A DNA stretch of 64,000 bases from Octopus sinensis (taxonomy: Eukaryota): contig NC_043000.1 of assembly GCF_006345805.1 (NCBI RefSeq), positions 74,462,001 to 74,526,000 of the forward strand, read 5' to 3'. The translations under genes and the position numbers were made by a program. The notes under the pieces are model-generated. The model worked only from the letters and a program-made list of their open reading frames with translations. It made no database searches and was not told the origin of the DNA. Positions 1 through 13,202 of this stretch are shown here, in pieces (within the stretch, counting starts at the first letter, position 1; every line of letters starts with the position of its first letter).

Positions 1-318
1 ACAAAGACCGATAATGTTGTAGGTGTATGGAATAACACAAGTTTCTATGGATCCATTAGGCAAGGCCTGGTCACCCTCATTGTAAAAATGTGTCAAAAGG
101 GTTACCTGGCCCTTCCCGACTCCTTGTCTTGACTTCATGTGATAGTTGCAAACAAATGTCACCATCATGCCAGCAGTGTCCTTTGTTTCCAATTTTCTGT
201 GAAAACATGTCTGGTCATGGAGAATATTACTTTATTTGGAAACAGTCAACAAATTCCATCTGATACATGCAAGCATGGAAAAGTAGATCTTGAATGATGT
301 TGGTGATATATATATATA

Positions 319-726
319 GGCGCAGGAGTGGCTGTGTGGTAAGTAGCTTGCTAACCAACCACATAGTTCCGGGTTCAGTCCCACTGCGTGGCATCTTGGG
401 CAAATGTCTTCTGCTATAGCCCCGGGCCGACCAATGCCTTGTGAGTGGATTTGGTAGATGGAAACTGAAAGAAGCCTGTCGTATATATGTATATATACAT
501 GTGTATGTGTGTGTGTTTGTGTATGTGTGTTTGTCCCCCTAGCATTGTTTGACAACCGATGCTGGTGTGTTTACGTCCCCGTCACTTAGCGGTTCGGCAA
601 AAGAGACCGATAGAATAAGTACTGGGCTTACAAAGAATAAGTTCCGGGGTTGATTTGTTTGACTAAAGGCGGTGCTCCAGCATGGCCGCAGTCAAATGAC
701 TGAAACAAGTAAAAGAGTAAAGAGTA
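319..726 (+). mobile_element. tRNA-derived SINE (octopus-type), full length
   Basis: Head GGCGCAGGAGTGGCTGTGTGGTAAG with A-box-like TGGCTGTGTGG and B-box-like GGGTTCAGTCCC. Internal (TA/TG)n tract. Tail GGTGCTCCAGCATGGCCGCAGTCAAATGACTGAAACA plus AAAAGAGT repeats. Near-identical copies at 23836, 24276 and 25111. Confidence 0.92.
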
Positions 727-899
727 TATCTGTTGATTCACCAGAAGCAGTAAGGATACAATACAAATGCACAGTCATTGTGTGTGTGCACAAATGAATG
801 TATGGTCCAATAATCAGCAAAGAAACCGTTGTTGATCTACATTGGCAAGATCTGGATTATTTGTAGACTCAATGAAAAGAGTTCAGTGAACTTACTGTG

Positions 900-1935
900 G
901 AGAGTGGGAAATCCAACATTTCAGGCTGAGTCTTTCAGCAAAAAGCTGGCAGGAGAGAAATTAATGAGACACAGCAGAGTTTTATATTTTCTGAGTCAGA
1001 AAAACTGATTGCAACTGATAAGGAATGTAGACCATAGATGCTTCATACATGAATAGGAAGTGATCAGAGAGAAAAACAGTGCAAGTGATAGAAGGTAAGG
1101 TGAATAGAATGAGGAGGTGAAGCAGAAGTTGAAAGTGAGGTGAATGAAAAAGATTAAATGAGAAGGGAGTTGGAGGATAAGAAAGGGTTTAATGAGCTAA
1201 GTGAAGATGTAGGAGTAGGTGGGAAAATGTTCCTTTAAACCTACCAATGACATGGTACCAAGTTTGAATATGAAATATTGCTCCCTCCATTTCCTTGAGA
1301 ATGTAGATCCATGGTGTGCAGGGATACTGCAGACTGATAAGTACAATAGCCTGTAGTGTTGAAATAGGTAAGTAGTAATAGGTATGTCTGGCATATTTAG
1401 TAGTATGCTCTAAATGTTCTCTTGAAAGCAATCAACAACTTCATTCATAAATTGTTTATCAAAAGTGGGATTTTCTGATGGATGATGTATGCTTCCATGT
1501 TTTTTTTGGACTGTGTGTTGATATATAAGGTCAAGTATTGAGTGTGTTGGGATTTTTTTTATCATAATTCTTGGATGTCAACCATTTTTACATGTTCTGT
1601 TCCATATTGTTTAAAGTGACTGGGTATTGTCTTTCAAGTGCTATCATTTTAAGTTCTTGAAGTTGTTTCTCTTGAGTTTCAGGATTAGTTATGATTGTGT
1701 AGATTCCTCATGCTAAGTCAAAAGGTATATTCATTTTCATATTTTTTGGATGACGGAAAGAAAAGAGTAGATATTGTTCTGAGTCTCTTGGTTTGAAGTA
1801 GACTTGGGTTTCAATGTTTGTGTCTCTTTTTATGATTATGGTGTCCAAAAAAGACAATTTATTGTTACTATAGTCAGTTGTGAATTGGATATTGTGTTGA
1901 TCTAGAGTGAGTCTGGACCAAGAAGTGTACAACTC
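900..1935 (-). pseudogene. Decayed Penelope-like element, RT C-terminus and GIY-YIG endonuclease end
   Basis: Minus-strand NIQFTTDYSNNKLSFLDTIIIKRDTNIETQVYFKPRDSEQYLLF...NIPFDLA parallels the PLE RT at 52.3-52.5 kb. RKWREQYFIFKLGT..GL resembles a PLE GIY-YIG C-terminus. Confidence 0.8.
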
Positions 1936-2340
1936 ATAAATTTGGTTTCTGGAATATGGTTAAAAACAACAAAGCAGAAATTTACAAAAGATATTTCAAC
2001 TCAACTCCTTGTATTCTTCCTAGGAAACTACAAATGAAGCCATCCCAAATTAATCTGGTCAGGAGAGAAACCTTAGGGAAACATGGCTCTAGATAACTTC
2101 AAAATGGAGATAGAACTCCTAAGACTGAGGGGATAGTCACATGATGAAAAACTAAAAATAATTAATGAACAGACTGAGATGGAAATGTCAAGGAAGGCTA
2201 AAAGAAAACTATTTATAAACACCATTCTGCTCTGGGAACAAAATTGTGAAAGTGCAGAATTAGCTTCACTTTGAAGAGGAAACAAAAATAGTGACCAGTT
2301 CAGTCATTATGAAGCAAAACCTAAAAAAATTCTAAGAGCA
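1935..2340 (+). pseudogene. Penelope-like N-terminal domain fragment, inverted relative to the adjacent RT piece
   Basis: Plus frame reads MALDNFKMEIELLRLRG*SHDEKLKIINEQTEMEM...LWEQNCESAELASL, which aligns with KMKMEIELLKLRAQTNEDKIK...LWKEDCEKEELKSL of the PLE at 51.9-52.1 kb. Confidence 0.7.
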
Positions 2341-2589
2341 AAATTATTCTGGAAACCCATTCAATGTGAGTGTGGGGAGGACTGGTGGTGGCACAATGAA
2401 GGTGTGTACAGGTGAAGACATGGTGAAAGGGGCATTCAGTGGAGAATATGGTGGTAAGGGATGATATGAGAAAAAGTAAATGGTTCCATGGATGGTTAGC
2501 AGTAGGGGAATAAAATATGTGCAGTTCTGCTTGCTCTCATAATTACAGCAATTTGGCAAGTCATCTCTGACCCTTGTCATCTACTCCAT

Positions 2590-2925
2590 GAGGTTCAACA
2601 TTCAGAGGTCATTCTTCACTACTTCATCCTGAGTCACATTTAGTGATTGGCAAGTCTTTATGCAGTTGTCCTCATCTATACACATCACATGACTAAACCA
2701 GTGTAGTCTTCTCTGCTGCACACTATATCTAATGCCTCATATGTCATACATGCACACTGACTTTACACATCCAGGAGAGCAAACAAGTTTCTTTCTTTCA
2801 AGCTTTCACATGTCTTCTACATTCTTAGCCCATTTTCACTACCATGCAGCTTTGCTGCTCATGTATAAGCATCATACAATCTATCCTTAATTCTGAATGA
2901 GAGGCATTTTTGTTAGTAACAGAGG
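2590..2925 (-). mobile_element. RTE-clade LINE 3' RT fragment (host of the mariner insertion)
   Basis: Minus strand matches the RTE segment PLLVTKGLSLR..RLYDA..LHGSE seen in better condition at 43.5-43.7 kb. Confidence 0.7.
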
Positions 2926-2927
2926 TA

Positions 2928-4254
2928 TAAGGGTAGGCCAAAAAGTTCATAGGCTGACTATAAAGGAGTGATGCTAGAGTTGTGAAATCTTGCATGCACT
3001 AATTTCAACTCTTCTTATTAAATACTGCATTTTTATTCCAGGTAAACTGATATCTGACTGTTCAAAGAAGACTTCAGAAGTAACTCATAGTAACTTCTCT
3101 TGAAATTGGACAAAATTTGGCATCATGATGTTATCAAGAAAAATGGTTTAGTCATCAAGGACAGTCATGCTAACATGGTTGCTACATTAGGGGATGACAC
3201 TCCAGACTTATCAACAGTGCAAAAGTTGAGCAGCTGAATTTATGAGGGGAAGGGAGAATCTTGAAGATAACCCAAGATCTGGGCATCTTGCAACAGCCAC
3301 TACCGAGGAAAACATTAATTTGGAGTTGAGAATATTCTGCACAATAAACTTTGCATGATAAAAGTTTCTGTTCAGTCAGTGCCACATCTTCTGACACTTG
3401 ATCGAAAGCACACCAGATTGATCACATCATTGGAAAATTTTACATTGTTTGAGGCAGACCCAGTTAGTTTCCTTGAACAAGAAGATCCTTTGAAGTGGTA
3501 GATACTTTCCATTACCTTGGGGAGCCAATTAGCAGTGAAGGGGGATGTGTTGAAAATATAGTCACTTGAATAAGAATTCAGTAGAGAAAGTTCAGAGAGC
3601 TATTACAAGTATTGGATGAAAAGTCCATAGGCTGACCGACATACTCTCATGGAATGTGTCCAAATCAGGTTTATTCTTCAACATAGTCCTCCTTGCAGTT
3701 CACACACTTCTTACATTGGTGTTGCAGTGCTTGGATCTCATTGGTGAAGATGCTTTCATCCTGTTGGTCAAAAAAGTCATCAACAGCAGATATGATATCA
3801 TCAACATTACCATACTGGTTCCCAGCCAAGTGTTTTTCCATGTTGGACAATAGATGATATTCAGATGGGGCCAAATCAGGAGAATAGGGAGGGCGATCAA
3901 CCAGTTCAAAGCCATAGTCATATACAGCAGCCATTGAAACCAAAGATTTGTGTGCATGAGGACTGTTCTGAGGAAACAAAACTCTTTCATCAGATTTCTT
4001 GGGCATATGATCTTGATAGCCTTTCATAACTGCTTCAGCTAGTTGGCATAGCACTTTCCATTGATAGTGTGGCCCTTTTGAAGATAGTCAAAATGCCAAA
4101 CGCTGCATCCCAAAAGACTGAGGTCATCACCTTCCCTGCAGATGGAACGACCTTGGCCTTCTTTGGAGCAGGTGAGGAGGGGCGTTTCCACTGCATGGAT
4201 TGTCTCTGTGGCTCAAAGTGATGAAGCCAACAGTTATCCTGGGTTAGGAAACAT
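2928..4254. mobile_element. Mariner (DD34D) transposon, degenerate, 3' half inverted
   Basis: TIR-like TA|TAAGGGTAGGCCAAAAAGTTCATAGGCTGAC at 2926 and TA|CAAGTATTGGATGAAAAGTCCATAGGCTGAC at 3604. Plus strand 3100-3480 encodes the N-terminal HTH region. Minus strand encodes FLTQDNCWLHHFEP..QSMQWK and PPYSPDLAPSEYHL. Confidence 0.88.
3481..3603 (+). mobile_element. RTE LINE fragment carried inside the inverted block
   Basis: Reads like the RTE segment LEVVD.F.YLG.QISS.GGC...KFRELL. Its continuation (PLLVTK) lies on the minus strand ending at 2925. Confidence 0.7.
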
Positions 4255-4879
4255 TAGTCATGTCAGTTGGACATGTATGAAGAAGAAATGTTCAGATAAG
4301 CAATCTCATTTTTCTTTCTTAGCTTTTCTCACATCATTTATCTTGCCCATATTATCTTTAAGCCCCATTTATTTCCTTGCAATATGTTAAATAGTAAAGT
4401 TAAGCAATCCTAATGTTCAGATAAGCAATTTCATTTTTCTTTTCTAGCTTTAATTCTCATATCATTTCATCTTGCTTGTATTATGCCTTACTTCTTTCCA
4501 TGCTATATGTTAAATAATAGTTATGTTAAACAATCCTAGTGAAATTAACCCTAGTGAAAATGTGCTTTCTTTTACCTTTTCATTGTTTTGTTAATATTTC
4601 GTATGATCTCACATCTTTGGCTTGGAGCAGCCATGCTGTTTGGTTGCTTGCAATGCACCTGCCCAACCTTTTCCTGAGAAATGTGTTGGTAAGGTAGTTG
4701 AGGTAGTCAGAATTTGTGATAGAATACTTAAGTCTTTCTCCTATAACCTCTATTGGAAACCTATGCAGAATGCTCTCTCCCACTTCTGTCTAGTGATTTG
4801 TCTCCTGGAAAATGTGGCAAGTATGAAGTGAATGAATGACGATGAAGTAAATGCAGGTTGAAACCTATTTGAACTTATG

Positions 4880-6760
4880 ATATGTCTGGGATTCATCTAT
4901 GCAAGCTTTTTTTCAGATGTAGAATGCAAGCCCCCATTCCCATGTCTCCTCCTGCCCACACCTTCCACACCTTTAGAGTTTGCCTGCTCAATGTAGGTAC
5001 ATTGAAAGGTAGGTCTGGTGAAATTATTGAAATGCTTGAACAGAGGCGGGTAGATGTGTGTTGCATCCAAGAAGTAAGGTAGAGAGGAGGTTCTGCTAGG
5101 TTCTTCACAGGGAAAGAACATAGGTACAAAATCTTCTGAGTAGGGAACAGTGATGGGTTTGGTGGTGTGGGCATACCTTTTCCTGAGAAATGTGTTGGTA
5201 AGGTAGTTGAGGTAGTCAGAATTTGTGATAGAATACTTAAGCTTAGATTAGTTTTGCAAAGTAAAACAACTGTCATTTTGGCCTATGCTTCTGATGAACA
5301 GAAATACCAATTTTATGACACACTTTTGCATATCACCTTGTCAACAAATGACAGTGACCTCTTTGTGGCTGGTGAATTCAATGGACATGTTGGGTAACAT
5401 TTAGGTGGCTGCCATGATATGCATCGTGGTAAAAGATTCAGTTCCCACAATGAAAAGGTGACTAAACTGCTGGAGTTCTGTGACACAAATGACCTGATGA
5501 TCTGTAATACTTGCCAGTCACCTGTTCACCTATCAATCTGGTGGGCACACTAGCCAGATTGACTACATTCTTGCCAGTGTTAGTGACTTTATAATTGGGA
5601 CTAGATGGCTACCAAGAAGATAACCATTGTAGAAAAGAAAGGTCTTTCCAGACCTTTCTTAATGAGCTTCTGAATGGACAGAAGCATTTGATGAAAAAGA
5701 AGATATATAGTGACACATAACATGGAGGACAACTGTAGGTTCCTACAGGACAACTTGTTGAGGGCCACTGACCAAATTTGTGGCTGATGCAAAGTTCCTT
5801 TTCAGCCTACGTTGACATGGTGGTGGAAAAGTGTAGTTGACAAGACCATGAAAGAGAAGAAAGAGGCCTGCAAGGACTGAAAGTGTCGTGGTAGCAGGGA
5901 ACTGTATCAGACAGCCAGAAGGGAGGCTAGGAGATAGGTATATTTAGCCAGAGAAGAAGCAGAAAAGTTTGCCAATGTTCTGTGGTGTGAGGACCAGAGG
6001 CATGAAGTGTTTTGGCTTGCAAGACAGTATGTGAGAGAAATTCATGATGTCATAGGAGAAAAGTGTGTTTACATGAATGATGGTTCACTTGTGTTTAGTG
6101 ATTCTGCAAAGAAAGTGGCTTAGAAATACCATTATGAAAGGTTGCTAAATGTAGAGAATACATGAGAGAAAGAAATTCTGCCTAATGTAGATCCAACTGA
6201 AGGACCAGCTATCCAAATCGACAGTGGCTTGGTAGATAGAGTAATTAAGGATATGAAGACAGGGAAAGCTTCTGGCCCATCAGGAATCACTGCTGAGATG
6301 CTTAAAATATCTGGCTTAGTCATCTGTATAGTTAATCGGGTTGTCTACGAGGGAGTCATACTCACTGACACAGGTAAAGGTGATGCCTTAGACAGAAATA
6401 ATTGCAGAGATATCAATGAGTTACAGAGATGGTTATAACTCAACTAATTAGGAAGAAGTTTAGCCTAGATGAGATGCAGTTTGTTTTTGTGCCTCGGAGA
6501 AGTACAACAGGTGCCATATTCCTGGAAGTATTTAGCCAAAAAAAATTTCTACACTTGGTTTTTATCAGCATGAAGAAAGCCTTTGATAGTGTTCCCTTAT
6601 CTAGTGGACAATGTGGAAGCTAGGGATAGATGAGTGAGTAGCGAGAGCTGTACAAACCATGTGCAGGGATGCTGCCAGTAAGGTGAAGGTTGGCAACGAG
6701 TATAGCAATGAATTTAGTGTACAGGTAGGAGTTCACCAAGGATCAGTTCTCATGCTCCCC
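4880..6760 (+). mobile_element. RTE LINE family A, APE endonuclease and RT, pseudogenised (5' part)
   Basis: LNVGTLKGRSGEIIEMLEQRRVDVCCIQEVR; KTGKASGPSGITAEMLK; MKKAFDSVP; VGVHQGSVL. Many stops and frameshifts. Confidence 0.88.
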
Positions 6761-6769
6761 ATAGAAAAT

Positions 6770-9700
6770 CCAGCTCCGAGAAAGCCTCATGATAGCAAAG
6801 GAGAATGGGCACCAGCCAGCCCAAAAGTTGGGGTGAGCTGCATCTGCCTACCTCAAAAAGGAAGGTGTAAACTCTCATCCTGGGTTACACAAGCATAACT
6901 TGCCTTATGATGGCCGATGGTTTGAGGAGAAGCTTGAGGAAAGGTTAGGAAGTTGGGATGTGGCAGTTTACTGGAAAGAGAACTGAGGTGTGTGATGAAT
7001 TGAGGAAGAGGAGGGTGGATGTGTGCTGTGTGCAGGAGGCTAGGTGGAGGGGCCAGGGTGCAAGATTTGTGGAGGTCAAGGGAAGAAGGTAAAGTTGTGG
7101 TGGTCAGGAAATGGCAAGGGGACTGGAGGTGTGAGAGTTTTGGTGAAGAAAGAAATCTGTGAGAAGGTGGTGGACGGTGTTGGACATCAGGAGAAAGAGT
7201 GACAGTGATGACAGTAGTGTTAGCATTTGAAGAAGAAGTGGTGAGGGTGATTTGTGGATATGGTCCACAAAGTGGAAGAGGGATTGCTGAGAAAGAACAG
7301 TTCTTTGATGAAATGATGAATGAGTGAGACTTACATAAGGTAGATGAATTAATTTTGGGCATGGGTGATTTTAATGGACTTAAATGGATTCTAATGTTGG
7401 AAAATTGATCCAGGACTTTGAGTGTGTGAATGGGGGAAACAGTATTTGGGAGAGAAATGTGGAAGGAAGGATGCTGTTGGAGTTTTGTGATGAGAAAGAG
7501 TTGTGTGAGGTGAACACATGGTTTAGGAAAACAGAGAAAAGGAAGGTGACTTTCAGTATAGGAGGGAATGAGTCAGAAATTGATTTCATGTTGGCTGGCA
7601 GGAAAAACAGAAAGTATCTGAGAGATGTGAAGACAATATCAGGGGAGTTGCAGCACAGGTTGGTGGTTGCTGACTTGGATAAGAGGAAAGTTAAATAATG
7701 TATGAGAAAGGGAATGGTTGAGAGGAGAAAGGTGTGGAAAACGAAGGAAGAAGAAACAAGAGCAAGGTTCGAGGAGAGAGTTGGAGAGTTGGTAAGCAGT
7801 GATGCACTGGATTCGTGGAAGTCTTTTAAAGAAGCAATACTAAAAGCATGTGACGAAGTGTGTGGAATGGAAAAAAGGCAGGAGAGTTTGAGGAGATATG
7901 TGGTGGTGAAATGAGGAGGTGAGGGATGTGATAGAGAGGAAGAAGGAGGTGCACAAAGCTTTATGTAATAATAGGACTGAGCAAATGAAAGCCAAGTATA
8001 ATAACATGAAGAATCGTGCAAAGAGGGTGGTTGTGAGATCTATGAGGAAGGAAGCTGAGAAGAGGTTGAGCGGGTTGGATGAGAACCCAGATAGAGTGTT
8101 TAGGTTTATTAAATCAATGAAAAAAGATGGAAGAGATGTTGAGGGAGGAAGATGCATGAGGGGAAGTGATAGAAGGTTGAATTTAAGCGAGAAGGACAGG
8201 GAAAGAGTTTGGAAGGAGCATATGGAGGGAATTATGAATTAGGAGAATGAATGGGATCAGAGGGTGGAAGTTGTGGTGAAGGGGTCAGTGGAGAGGATTA
8301 GTCGGGAAGAAGTAGTGGAGGCAATGAAGGAAATGAAAATAGGAAAGGCAGCTGGTCCATCAGAGGTAAGTGTGGAAATGATAACTGCAAGTGGAGAGCT
8401 AGGGATTGCTGTGAGGATGGAGCACTGCCAGGGTTTGCTGGATGGAAGAAGAATGCCAGATGATTGGGCACTGAGTGTGGTGGTACCGATCTTCAAGGGA
8501 AAGGGGGATGTGATGGGTTGTGGGGCATATAGTGGAGTGAAGTTATTGGAGCATGCAATGAAGATTGTGGGAAGGGTATTGCAGAGAATTCAGAAAGGGG
8601 AGGATGTGGATGAGATGCAATTTGGTTTTATGCCAGGAAGGGTGACAATAGATGCAGAGTAAGGAGATTGCAAGAGAAATACCAAGATAAGGAGAATGAG
8701 TTGTACATGTGCATCGTTGATCTGGAAAAGGCATTTGATAGGGTTCCAAGGAAGATGATTGAGTGGGCATTGAGGAAGAGAGGTGTACTAGAGGTAATAG
8801 TGAGGGCAGTGATGAGTTTGTATGAGGGGGTAAAGACGAGTTAGAATTGGAGGAGTTTGCGGTGAAAGTTGGTGTGCATTAGGGATCTGTGTTGTCACCG
8901 TTGTTGTTTGCAATAGTGGTTGATGTGGTGATTGAGAGTGCAAGAGAGGGATTGATAATGGAAATACTGTATGCAAATGACCTTTTTCTGATGAGTGAGA
9001 TAATGGAGGGATTGAGGGAGAAGTTTTGGAATTGGAAGGAGGCTTTGAAAGCAAGGGTTTCAAGGTAAACCTCGGGAAGCCAAAGGTGATGGCGAGTGGG
9101 GTGGAAGGAGAAGTGTTAGTGAATAAGGTGGACCCATGTGGGAGAAAGGTAATGGCAAATGTGGTGTTATGTACAAGATGTGAGAAATGGATCCATGGTA
9201 AAGGTATGAAGATGAAGAAGATGACCCCAAGACTGGCAAGAGAGTTTGTTTGTGGAAGATGTGAGAAAAGAGCTGGAGGGCTGCGGAACCAGTGGAAATG
9301 TTATGTGATGAGGTGGAAATGGTGAGAGAGTTTTGCTATTTGGAAGATAGGGTGGATGTAAGTGGTGGATGTAAAGCAGCTGTGACAGCTTAGCTGGGTG
9401 AAGTTCAGGGAATGTGGAGCATTGTTATATGGGAAAAGGTTCTCAGTGAAGATAAAAGGAAGGGTCTACAGAAGTTGTGTGAGAGCTGCAATGCTGTATG
9501 GGAGTGAGACATGGTGTCTGAGGGAGAGAGAGAGAGATGGCAATTTTGAGAAGGACCAAGAGAGCAATGGTGAGAGAAATGTGTGGAGTGAAGCTCTTTG
9601 ATAAGAGGAGGACTGGGGACTTGATGGGGATACAGGGTTGGAGGAATCAGTGAAACAGCTGGCAAGGGTGAATGGAGTGGTGGTATGGGCATGTGTTGAG

Positions 9701-9953
9701 GAGAAATGAGGAGCATGTTCTAAGGGGGGTTTGAGTTTGAGGTAAATGGACTGCATAAGTGAGGTAGACTGAGGAAAACGTGGAAGGGACAGGTAGAGGA
9801 GGAGATTGGGTTGGCTTGGGAAGGGAGGACACCCAAAACCGGGCAAGGTGGTGAGATGGTGTGAGGGTGGTTGCTATAGCATTGAGGTAGATCTGACCAC
9901 CCCCATTAACAGGGACAAAACCAGGATTTAAAACACTGGATGATGATGAAGAG
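6770..9953 (+). mobile_element. RTE LINE family B, near full length, nested in family A
   Basis: Purine-skewed sequence encoding [48 protein letters not shown] and MLYGSETW. It ends in a GATGATGAT tail at ~9945. Family A stops at GSVL (6760) and resumes at KQGL.SK.LRVNLAKTK (9955). Confidence 0.85.
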
Positions 9954-9954
9954 G

Positions 9955-10620
9955 GGAAGCAAGGCCTGTAATCTAAGAGCCTTAGAGTTAATTTAGCAAA
10001 AACCAAAGTTCTAGTAAGTAGTAAGTAGGATAGCAGACAAATCCCTTCAGGGAGATGGCTCTGCTTGATATATAGGAAGGATGTTGGTAGAAACTCTACA
10101 TTTGTACCCGTGCAAGCTTTGGATATATAAAAGGTGTAGTGGTAACACAGGCTGCTTAACAAAGAATATAGTCTTTGTGTGTGGCACATTGTGCAGGTAC
10201 AATAAGCACTGAAAATCTGCAGACATTAGACTCCTACAATTGCTTGGGTGATCATTTGAAGTGGTAAATAGCTTCTGTTACTTAGGAGACTAAGTTAGCA
10301 GTGGAGGAGGAAGTTCTGAAAGTGTAGTTGCTGGAATAAGAACAGACTGGGCAAAGCTCTGAGAGCTACTACTTTTGTTGGTAACTAAGGGCCTCTCCCT
10401 CAGAGAAAGGCAGGTTGTATGATGCCTATGTATATGCAGCTATGCTACATGGTAGTGAAACATGGACTTTGACTACAGAGGATTTATGAAGGCTTGAAAG
10501 AAATGAAGCCAGCATGCTCTTGCTGAATGGGTAATGTTAATGTGCACACACAACAAAGTGTGAGTTATTTAAGGGGAAAACTATGTACAAGAGGCATCAT
10601 GTTGTGTTCAAAGGAGAAGA
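9955..10620 (+). mobile_element. RTE LINE family A, 3' RT part
   Basis: LRVNLAKTKVL, AMLHGSETW and LERNEASML motifs, homologous to 43301-44131. Confidence 0.8.
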
Positions 10621-12989
10621 CTATGCTGGTTTGGTCAATTTGCTGTACTTAAGAAGATACCTCAAGCCAAGTAAAACCAATGTCATCCATACATACAAGC
10701 TTGTCCTTTGCAGGTGCTGATAACATGTAAAATGCACTCATGCCGGAGCTGTGTAAATGCACCTGTGCCAGTGAACTATTTTGAATATTTGTACTAAGAA
10801 ATTTCAAATATCAGCCTTATTGTATATTTATTATTCACATGCATGCATATACACATGCACGTATTCTAACTCAATTCTAGATCTTGATACATGTCGAAAA
10901 ATGTCAATACAAATATGAAATAAGGAGCTTTATTGATATATATTTATAGGAAATTTTTTTAATGAATCTTCATAAGCTGAAATCAGGTATTGTATATACT
11001 TATTTTTCCTGTATTTGAATATTTGGGGGTTGTCTTTAATTTTATTTACATGTAATTGTAATGAAGTGGAGAAATATACTACTAACAGGACAATATAAAA
11101 ATACACATCCACATATTTCTATATATCTTCCTGTTAGCTTGCAGGACACAATAGAAATACCATTAGCAGGACAATATAAATATATAATACAGAAAATTAA
11201 ATGAATCACTACTGAATTGTTATATTGAGGGTATATAGTTGTCAAACACTCATTTAGAATAATCTAGGTTATGCTAGCATGGGAAAATAGATGCAAAAAT
11301 AGAGTTTGTAAGTAAATCAGTATGTCACTCAATCATAATAATTTTTTTTATCTGAGCAAATATTCTCATATTTTTATTGGAAGAAAAATATCAAGTGACG
11401 TTCATGTTTTTCTCAATGTTGATTGTTAAAGTTTGTAACCAATAGTATTAATCCTATTGCATTTGTACCTATATTTATTGATTTTATATATCAGGCTATC
11501 ATAATAGATAAGATATTGAACTAGTAATACATCTAGTGTTACAGTTCATTACATTAATTATGTTAACATTAACTTAACTATTGATTTTCATACAGATTGC
11601 ATCACCACAGTGATTTATTGTATTTATATATGCTAATTTCTCATACCAGCTCATATACAAGCATGTATATGTATTTAGTAATTCTCTCATTATTTTGAAA
11701 TCATACTTTCTGTGGAGATCTAATAAGACTGAAAAGTATCCAGAATTGTCTCTCATACATGCTGAACTGATTCAAATAATATTAGTCATTTCTTTTCCTC
11801 ACCACAAAAGTGCTTCTAATTAGTCTTTTAATAGTGCTCATTGCATTAAATGTTAACCGTAACTCTTGTTTTTCATAAGTATGACATCTTTGAATAATTA
11901 ACTCATTGATGTTCTCCTTTGCTATATCTGTGATGGATACCAGTTAACAATCAGTCATCTTGAAAGACTGTACCATTAGAATATATTCATTGTTTATGTA
12001 TGGATGTTATAGTAGTGTTGGTAAGGATAGCATTGGCATAAACAAAACTATTTTTCTTTCTGCTAATTTAATTTGAGAGCTGATGTTTTATACAGGCTTT
12101 TGATTGTATATATTTTTACAAACATGTCTTCATTCTAAATTAGTAGAACAGTCAGAGTTGTATCCTGAATGGATACAAGTAGTGTTTTTACTCAAAGAAG
12201 TTTATTACCAAAACCTCATGTAATTATTTTAATTATCTGAGAGAGATATATACATTGGGTATGTGACTTTATGTAATCATAGTCATAGTTAAATAATCCT
12301 GTAATTGAACTTGTTTTCCTTACTAGTAAAGTAAAATATATATTTGATTTAAATGCTGAAAGTTTATACACAAGTTTCAAAGCCAAGCCCTTGAACTTAC
12401 AATAAAACTAAATTAAATATTCTGATTTGATCTTTCTTTTTTTTAATCACATGAAAACTGAGTAACTATTTCAAACTTCATTACTACACTTTATAAAAGA
12501 AATTGCTTACATTTTCCTTTCTCAAATATGAGATTTATATGGCTATAGTCACTTGCAAATGTTTATTTCAAATGCTGAACTAACTTCCTAATTAATAATT
12601 ACTTTGAGATTATTGATAATGAAGATATTTAAACAAGTTTAGCCCTTACTTTTTGAAGAAGTTTCAGGATCAAAATTTAACTTGCTTCCATTTTGTTCAA
12701 ATAAAACATTCTGTAATGAAGCCTTTCATCACTTTCACATAGCGAAGAAAAAAATATGAATTCTGTGACAAAAAACAAAACAAATTAAACAACATACTTG
12801 TTCTTATACTGCCCGCTCCATTAACTGTTTGTGTTGATGAGAAAAAGAAAAGATACTTAAAAATGAGAGAGATAGAGAGACTGAAGGAGAAAAGGTATCT
12901 TGCTGTTCATTATAGATGTACGTTTAAGTCTTGCCTCATATTTATATTTTCTTCCCCATTTTTGTCTGTTATCACTTAGGTTAAATATT

Positions 12990-13202
12990 TTTTCTACTCT
13001 AGGCACAAGCCCAAAATTTTGGGGGAGGAGGCCAGTCAATTAGATCAACCCAGTATGCAACTGGTATTTAATTTGTTGACCCCGAAAGGATGAAAGGCAA
13101 CATTGACCTCAGTGGAATTTAAACACAGAATATAATGACAGATGAAATACCGCTAAGCATTTTACCCGGCATGCTAATGTTTCTGCCAGCTCACCACCTT
13201 AG
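12990..13202 (-). mobile_element. SINE with CTTTCATCCTTTCGGGG central domain (Deu/Nin-like), with a 14-bp TSD
   Basis: Minus strand reads TAAGGTGGTGAGCTGGCAGAA...GCCTTTCATCCTTTCGGGGTC...GGGCTTGTGCCTAGAGTAGAA. Flanking direct repeat TTAGGTTAAATATT at 12976-12989 and 13203-13216. The domain assignment is from memory. Confidence 0.82.
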
